Assembly: GCF_001194135.2 (NCBI RefSeq)
Contig: NC_068996.1
Coordinates: 53,988,454 to 54,044,741 of the forward strand
Source: Octopus bimaculoides
Lineage: Eukaryota
DNA: 56,288 nt
Reading direction: 5' to 3'
Both the position numbers and the translations under genes were made by a program. Positions 49,205-56,288 of the stretch are shown one piece after another; the first letter of the stretch is position 1, and each line of letters starts with the position of its first letter. The notes under the pieces were generated by a model that had not been told where the DNA came from, ran no database searches, and was given only the letters and a program-made list of their open reading frames with translations.

Positions 49205-50450
49205 ACACTTGTAGAAGAGGTTCCGCGAAGATACCATGTTCCTAGCCTGATCAATGACCTCATTCTGAATTATTGTTGTAACTTCCGGATGAAAGTTACT
49301 TTTGGATCAATAGAATGTGAGAGGTATAGGTTAGAGGAAGGAATTATAACTGATTGTATCATTTCGATCATCGTTATTGCCCTCGACATAATTACAATTA
49401 TCAAATCAGCCGAGGTGGAGTGTCAAGAAACTCCAGAAAAAAGCTGGCGTGCAAGAACTTAATAAGTTCTCATAGAAAGAGGTGGACATTAAACCATTAA
49501 AGTCGAAGTCCCTTGCTTTGAAGAGAGGGGAAAGTAATGGAAAAAAGCTTTGCTTAACCATATCCAGAACAATTCAGCAGCTTGGGAACAATCTTTGGTA
49601 GCAGCCTGAAAGAAATAGTTGCCATCCACAAAACCAGCAGAGACCTTGAGACCTGGTTTACGAAAGTTAACAAATATGGGTTGCCCCATACTAACCTGCT
49701 CTGAGTTTTGTAGCCCCTGTTATTATTATATGACGTCGGTATGTCAACTGTGGAAGCTTTCAAGATCAACAGCTTTCTGAGATGCCTCGGCTCGCTATGG
49801 AGCCTAATCAATTTTCTTCTGTATGAATCCATTAACGCATTACGGCTTCCTTTCATTAATCTTTCGGAAGAAATTGTGATGTCACAAATAAAATTATGCA
49901 GGTACAGAGACTTGAGGGATGCTAAAGAAGCAACAGCTTGCATTGAAATTACTACAGAGAGAAACAGGCATTGCCAGACAGTCGCAGCTGGCTAAGCAAC
50001 GATTGAAAGAGAAGGTTGTTGGGCCCTTGATAAAAGGGCATTCAGAATTGGACTACTTTCCAACTGCCACACCAGTAATGCCAAAAGAGCGATGTCTCCT
50101 TCAAAAAGCGGTTAGTGAAAATGTTGAGGAAACGTGTGTTATTAGCACGGGGAGTCACAGCCAAAAAGAAGCCTTGAAAAAGTGGGTCAACATACAGCAA
50201 CGGAAGATCCCTTTGTTGAAATCTGGTGGGATGATATCTCACGTATCAGAATTCCTGATCAAGGCTTCTTAAAAGTTTGATAAATCTTAATATAAGAGGA
50301 TCCCGCTTGTTCCCTGTGTGCTGGAACGGAGTGTCGTAAAACATCCTCGGCAGGTTCCCCAAAGCCTTTGGTGACGGTTGCTTCCACTGGTGATATGGTG
50401 TCAATATGTCACAGCTCAAAGCTGTTGCTCAAATGGTCACAGCATTCATT
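49205..50450 (+). mobile_element. Decayed Hero/NeSL-like RLE non-LTR retrotransposon
   Basis: RRYHVPSLINDLILNY..LEEGIITDCIISII..KSAEVEC, KPLKSKSLALKRGKV, STVEAFKINSFLRCLG..LRLPF, and ISHVSEFLIKA..CSLCAGT..VKHP. The clade assignment is from recall. Confidence 0.75.
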
Positions 50451-51002
50451 CATTTCAGCGTACATCATATAGGAAGAAAATCACATTTCTTGAAGTGGAA
50501 TAGAAACCACTTTTTTTCACCGAAGCCTCAGCGATCGAACATACTGCATTCAATAGTCCCAGACTAGCAACTGAGAGTGAAATCTTGTTAAGCAATAGCA
50601 GTGTAGTTAGTATGATGTTAAGCACATCATACTAATTACACTGACATAGCCATCTCAGATTAAACGTAGCAGGTAAATGTAGAAAGAACAGACGAAGGAA
50701 GAGGCTCGCGAAAAAGTATTTTGCCAAATACTAGGAGCAGATAAAGTAGTGTGGAAGCCAAGGTTGGCGATTGAAATTGGTTAGCGGGGCTTTGTTGGGC
50801 AATCACTCCGCAAAGCTCTGACTGAAAGTCACTGGTGTAGCAAAAATTTGAGCTAGCGAAACTGCAGAAAAAGGCTTTTGGATGGATTTAAATACAACGA
50901 ACAGACCCGTGCTTTTTAGCTAGGATGAAACTTAGCATACACACACACACACACACGCACACACACAAAACAGAGACATGCACGCACGCACGCACGCACA
51001 CA

Positions 51003-51091
<89 letters not shown>

Positions 51092-51247
51092 ATAAATATA
51101 CTTACACACACACATGCATATATATTTGTTAAAACGGAATATTATATTCCCTGTTATATTAAAACACGACCACGTTCATTGAAAGAATGAAAAAAATCCT
51201 TACTGAAAAAGATTAAACTTGAACGTATTCTCAATAATCACGCGCGC

Positions 51248-51291
<44 letters not shown>

Positions 51292-51512
51292 ATATGCATA
51301 CATACATAAAATTATACGCACAAACACGCAGATGCATGTATATAGGTAAATAAGACATGGACGAAAATCACAAGGGACATCTCAATTAATCCAACCGACG
51401 CACTAATTTACTAATAGTGCTCTACAGCTAGTCAAAAGTTAGTTGGGTTATAATCAATGTCTTTGTGAGTTAAATATTCAGACAGAATCGATCTCGAATA
51501 GGAAGAATACAG

Positions 51513-51804
51513 TATTTACAATATTTACATTATTTACATTTGACAGATATTTGTCCTCATCTTGTTTGTTGTTAACACAACGTTTCGGCTGATATACCCT
51601 CCAGCCTTCATCAGGTGTCTTGGGGGAAATTTCCTAAAGTATTTTTTGATATTATTATTATTATTAGTAGTAGTAGTAGTAGTAGTATTAGTATTCTGGT
51701 CACTGCTTGGAATCGAACTAGGAACCTTGGGGTTAGTAGCCCGCGTTCTTAACCACTACGCCATATGCCCGTGTACATAATTCCTCATCTCTCAAATATA
51801 GAAC
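51513..51804 (-). mobile_element. Second tRNA-head/(TAA,TAC)n/hammerhead composite, ORF-less, with inverted 3'-terminal piece
   Basis: Minus strand 51773->51513: CAC-GGGCATA-TGGCGTAGTGG..., HHR at 51574-51619 with an intact CUGAUGA core. 51774-51804 (+) equals the family 3' terminus seen at 21835-21864. Confidence 0.85.
51574..51619 (-). ncRNA. Minimal type-I hammerhead motif
   Basis: GACAC CUGAUGA A GGCUG-gaggguauau-CAGCC GAA ACGU U GUGUU. Confidence 0.85.
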
Positions 51805-52022
51805 AGGAAGAATACATATCTATACCTACATTCCGGTACATCGCATTTTCCTGGACCATAGCCTCGCTTCTTACACGTTTCTATTATTGAAATTACAACG
51901 ACGACAATGACAGGGAAATCTGTACTACCTTTCTCAGGCCGTGATATTCTCTTCATCACCATATTTATACACACACACATCACACACGCACGTGTGCACA
52001 CACACACACAGGCACGCATATA

Positions 52023-52075
<53 letters not shown>

Positions 52076-52139
52076 CATATATGATGATTGCCTCTTCTTT
52101 ACAGAAGAAGGCCATCTCTTTAATTAATAGATACTATCA

Positions 52140-53165
52140 TGAGATCTTATAAGACTAGCAAGTCTTGCTCTTGACAAACAAACTCTACTGCAGATCTTAC
52201 AAATATTTCTAAGCAGAAAAGTGTCTGGGATTGTAGTTAAGTCCTGTCTACGAAATGCTCGTTTCAAGATAGATTGTTCAATTCTTTGAGCTTTAAATGC
52301 TTTACATCTATTGTAGATCATTTGTTTTCAAACCGATCGATCTTGTGTCATCTGATCCTAGTCTTCAACGTTCACATTAAGAGCCTTAAGGTTGCTTTCG
52401 ATAGCATCCCTAAAACGTTTATTAGGTTTATGTCTCGGGCGTTTGCCACGCTGCAACTCCCCGTAAAACAACTGCTTTGGCAACCTGTCATTCTGCATTC
52501 TAGCAAGGTACCCAACCCAACACATCTGATTGTGTATGAGGATCATTTCAATACTGGCGGTGTTAGCTTGCTGAAGAACAACGGTTTCTGGTGTTAAAGA
52601 CTTCCATTTGACGTCTAGTATCCTCCTTAGGCAAGTCTGATGGAATCTTTCTAAAGCCTTGATGTGATGTCAATATGCCGTCCAGGTTTTAGAAGAGTAC
52701 AGGAGGACCGTTAAAATGCAAGATTCATAGATACTAAGCTTGGTATCGAAGATGATACCTCTATCAGACCACACACGATTTCCAAGCCTTCCAAATGCTT
52801 TGCTGGCTTTTTCAATTCTGAGGTTTATTTCAGAATCAAAGGATCCATCTCTAGAGAGTGCTGCCAAGGTAGTTGAATGAGTCAACCACATCTAATCTTG
52901 TACCCTGGACGAAAATGTTAGGTTCCACACAGGGTTGGCCTGGTGGCTGAGAGAACACGATCTTTGTTTTCTTTAGACTGATGGTAAGTCCAAAAGCAAT
53001 ACAAGCTCTAGAAAAGAGATCCAATATAGCCTGCATGTCCTCCTTGTTGTGAGCAACGAGAACTACATCATCAGCATAAAAGAGCTCTCGAACAAGGGCC
53101 TGGAATGCCTTCGACCTTGCATTAAAGAGTTTAACACCAAAGACCTTACCTGTGGTTTTGAAGCG
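52140..53165 (-). mobile_element. 5'-truncated RTE-clade LINE
   Basis: VRELFYADDVVLVAH..FGLTISLKKT..VVDSFNYLGSTL..INLRIEKASKAFGRL..LLYSSKTWT..YLARMQNDRLPKQLFYGEL..CKICSRVCLSRARLASLIRSH. Confidence 0.92.
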
Positions 53166-53859
53166 AATATAGGTGCCGATATCACAGTATTGGAAACCGG
53201 GCAATATAGTTACAGTAAAATATATGGAAAAAATACACACACACACATATTTTATGTATATACAATATGTATGTATATATATACAATATATGTATATATA
53301 TNNNNNNNNNNNNNNNNNNNNNNNNNNNNNNNNNNNNNNNNNNNNNNNNNNNNNNNNNNNNNAAGGTAAAAAAACAACAAAGGGAAATCGTCAAAATATA
53401 ACAAGTAGGAAAAGGACGACACCATAACAACGGTAAACAGGACAAAACAAGATTCATGGATCATTCGCAGCCAATTGCTTTTTCAGTCGGAGTCTGTAAT
53501 GTCCACGTAGTTTCGACCAATTCTCTCCGATACTACTTGAAACCAGTTTGGTCAGGGGCTTAAGCTGAAGGCATTAAGCCCCTGAACAAGGCAAACGAAT
53601 GTACATATACAAACACAAGGAAATAACAAGCAGAAAGGGTCTTTCGACTATCGGACGAACATAACATAAGAAATAGAATCATACATATACAATGGACCAA
53701 AGCCTTTCGGTTAGACAACAAAAATTAAATCAAAACAGAGTCTTTCGATTATCAGACAGTGTAGTAAGCTAGAGCAAGGAAAAAGGAAATGGAAAAATCT
53801 TAACTGAACGGATGGCGAGACAGAACAGATGCGAACAGAGCTGACATCAGAAGCGGCAA

Positions 53860-55420
53860 TTCTGCAAGGAGGTGAAGATTTTTTCTGGTGAGTTTTATCC
53901 AACCAATGGTACCATGTGTTGTTCAACGCTGGATGAAGTTGCGGTGTATGCATGTTCCCCCAGAAGTCCCATAGAAAGGATGTGCATACTCTGTAGTGGA
54001 ATAAATAGCACAAGACCAGAACAGTAAATATGAATGTGGATCCACATTTTGAGTAGACGAGTTGACCAGTTTCGGGAACCATCTTTCAGTTTGATGTCTA
54101 ACGTGCTTCTTGAAGGAAAGAGAGCGATTCAAGGTAACTCCAAAGTAGACAAGGCAGGTATAGTGCATCAGTGGTATTCCTGACCATTTGACGGTAAGAG
54201 GTCGGTCGGCTTAAGATTCCTGAAGACTTGAGTCTTCAAAGGTTTGGAATGTAGGTGGTTACTTACGAAATAGAATAGTTCCTTTAGGGTTCAGATTAGA
54301 TTTGAATCTCCTTCTTTAAATGCACTCCATTGGATGTTACAAAAAGATTGTCAGAGTAGGTGAAATACTCAGTTTTCTTGTTCACTGGCTGGATAGTAGA
54401 TGTTATGTAGTAGTGGACCCAGCATATTACCTGGAGGAAAATCATTCCGCCGCGATATTATTTATAGCTAACGGCACGACAAAAGCGTTTATCTTTCATA
54501 AGGGCTCCAATGAAGAATGTAAGCGCCAGATCTTTTGTCAATTCCAAGATCTTTATCAGTCGGAGACGGTGGTTCACAGTTGTATGCAGCAAACAGATCA
54601 ACAAAGACGGCTCCTGTTATCAAACCTTTCTTAAATCCGTCCTCAATATGTTGAGTAAGATTCAGAAACTGGTTTGTTGTAGTTTTTCCAGTTCGAAATT
54701 CACCTCATTGAGGATTGAACGTTAGTTCAGCTGTAGGGGCAAGCCTTATAATGATCAGGCTCTCAAACAGCTTATTAAATGAGTAGTATAGGATAGAGTT
54801 CAAACGAAAGTTCTTTATATACGCTGGATCTTTGCCCAGCTTGAGAAGAACAATAGTCCTGGTTTTACCCCAGATCTTTGGGATGCTTTTGGTCAGCATG
54901 GATTTCTTCATCCATTACCAGGTCAGAGGTTCAAAGTTTTTGGTCTCTAGTTTTATCGATCTTAAGGATGTTGATGATGATGCTAAGCTCTTCAAGGGAG
55001 AACAACGGTTTAGTTGATTCAGAGGTCTTTGAGGGTTTTGCTCGATTTGATTTTTAGCTTTGGCTTTTTGGTGTTGGATTTCTAACTGAAAAGCCGCTGA
55101 TGCTCAACTTAGTTGGTGGCGGGGTTAGTGATGTACGGCTGAGTGTTGGAATTGATGGATTAATGTTGATTTTTCGGCTGAGGCTCAAATGCTTTTTCCT
55201 GTTATTCCTCATATCTGTTATCTCCATCAGATTTTGTCACTTCTACTGTCAGTGTTCCGATGGGGAGTTCACGAGTCTCTCGATGGTACTTTCAACAAAT
55301 GGGTACCATTCTTAGAACTGCTGATATTGCACATACAGTTTGGTTCTCTGAGCACCAAGACACAAAATATATTGAGTGCAACTGCCTATTCAGTATTGTT
55401 TGCGGGATGCTTGTTCTAGA
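53860..55420 (-). mobile_element. Decayed APE-type LINE RT, Ingi/Vingi-like
   Basis: IPKIWGKTRTIVLLKLGKDP..KNFRL.SIL..KLFESLI..RL, FRTGK.TT.Q.LNLTQHIEDGF..TGAVFVDL..AY.TVNH, and YFGVTLNRSLSFKKHV..YSTTEYA. The clade name is from recall. Confidence 0.75.
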
Positions 55421-55464
55421 AGCTTAGTGAAATTGTAATAATATTTGGAGACTACTGGAAGACG

Positions 55465-55790
55465 GGTGGAGGCACATGTCCCCGTGGTTAGAGTAGCGGA
55501 CTCGCGGTCGAGGGATCCCGGGTTCGAATCTCAGGCCGGGCGATGTGTGTGTTTATGACTGAAACACCTAAGCTCCACGCGGCTCCGGCAGAAGGTAATG
55601 GCGAACTTCTGCTGACTCTTTCGCCACAACTTTCTCTCACTCTTTCCTCCTGCATCTAGCAGCTCACCTGTGTCGGACCGGTGTCCTGTCCATGTGGGGA
55701 ACCTATACGCCAGTGAAACCGGGAAACCAGCCCTTATGAACCAAGCATGGCTCGAGAAGGAACAAACAACAACAATAACAACTGGAAGAT
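55465..55790 (+). mobile_element. tRNA-derived SINE family D
   Basis: A-box-like ccgtggttagag, perfect B box GGTTCGAATCT, and a (CAA)-like tail. Confidence 0.8.
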
Positions 55791-55950
55791 GGACGTTCTT
55801 CTTTTCTAGATCATATTTGAAGCCAGACAAGTTCGCTTCGTCAAAATCGAATCTTCTACGGAATGGAACTGTGGCTGCGGTGACTGGAATACCGACTGCA
55901 ATGACAATAGTATGAAGAGGGGAAAGGTTGAGATCCTATCTGTGATAATA

Positions 55951-56138
55951 CAGTTCTATATTTAAGAGATGAGTAATTATTTATATTATTTTCATTTGAC
56001 TGATATTTGTCCTCATCTTGTTTGTTGTTAACACAACGTTTCGGCTGATATACCCTCCAGCCTTCATCGGCTGTCTTGGGGGAAATTTCGAACCTGGGTT
56101 CTCATTCCTAAGGTATTTTTCGATGTTGTTATTATTGC

Positions 56139-56202
<64 letters not shown>

Positions 56203-56288
56203 GCGTAGTGGTTAAGAGCGCGGGCTACTAATCCCAAGATTCCGTGTTCGATTCCAGACAGTGACCTAAATAATAATAATAATAATAA
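55951..56288. mobile_element. Third tRNA-head/(TAA)n/hammerhead composite, as a tail-out inverted pair
   Basis: 55951-56202 (-) runs from the TAA tract through a mutated HHR (56030-56075, core CCGAUGA) to the full 3' terminus. 56203-56288 (+) restarts inside the A box. Confidence 0.85.

Overview
AT-rich eukaryotic DNA full of microsatellites and N-gaps. The SINE and microsatellite repertoire points to a cephalopod, probably Octopus (inference from remembered repeat families, not a database search). I can support no host protein-coding gene. Almost all ORF-track entries are translated microsatellites or gaps, and the real coding remnants are all decayed transposons: R4/Dong-like and Hero-like RLE LINEs, a Tx1/L1, two RTEs, an Ingi/Vingi-like LINE, a rearranged Gypsy, a mariner fragment, and several Penelope-like element (PLE) RT and GIY-YIG fragments. 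There are also at least four SINE families and a Tc1/mariner MITE. The main signal is at the RNA level: about 11 hammerhead-ribozyme (HHR) motifs from about six unrelated short PLE-type families, found by eye. They include one canonical full type-I HHR inside a ~380-bp fold-back, minimal HHRs with palindromic stem III, a U3:A8 core variant, and an A6U variant. Most sit in tail-out inverted arrangements. The best candidate for an undescribed system is a three-copy composite: PLE ORF end, then a tRNA-like Pol III head, then (TAA)n, then a minimal HHR. One copy starts almost exactly at the predicted Pol III start, suggesting a PLE-mobilised, ribozyme-carrying SINE or retrozyme. All RNA structures were paired manually, and no activity has been tested. 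Element boundaries are approximate (about 10-30 bp) unless motif coordinates are stated.
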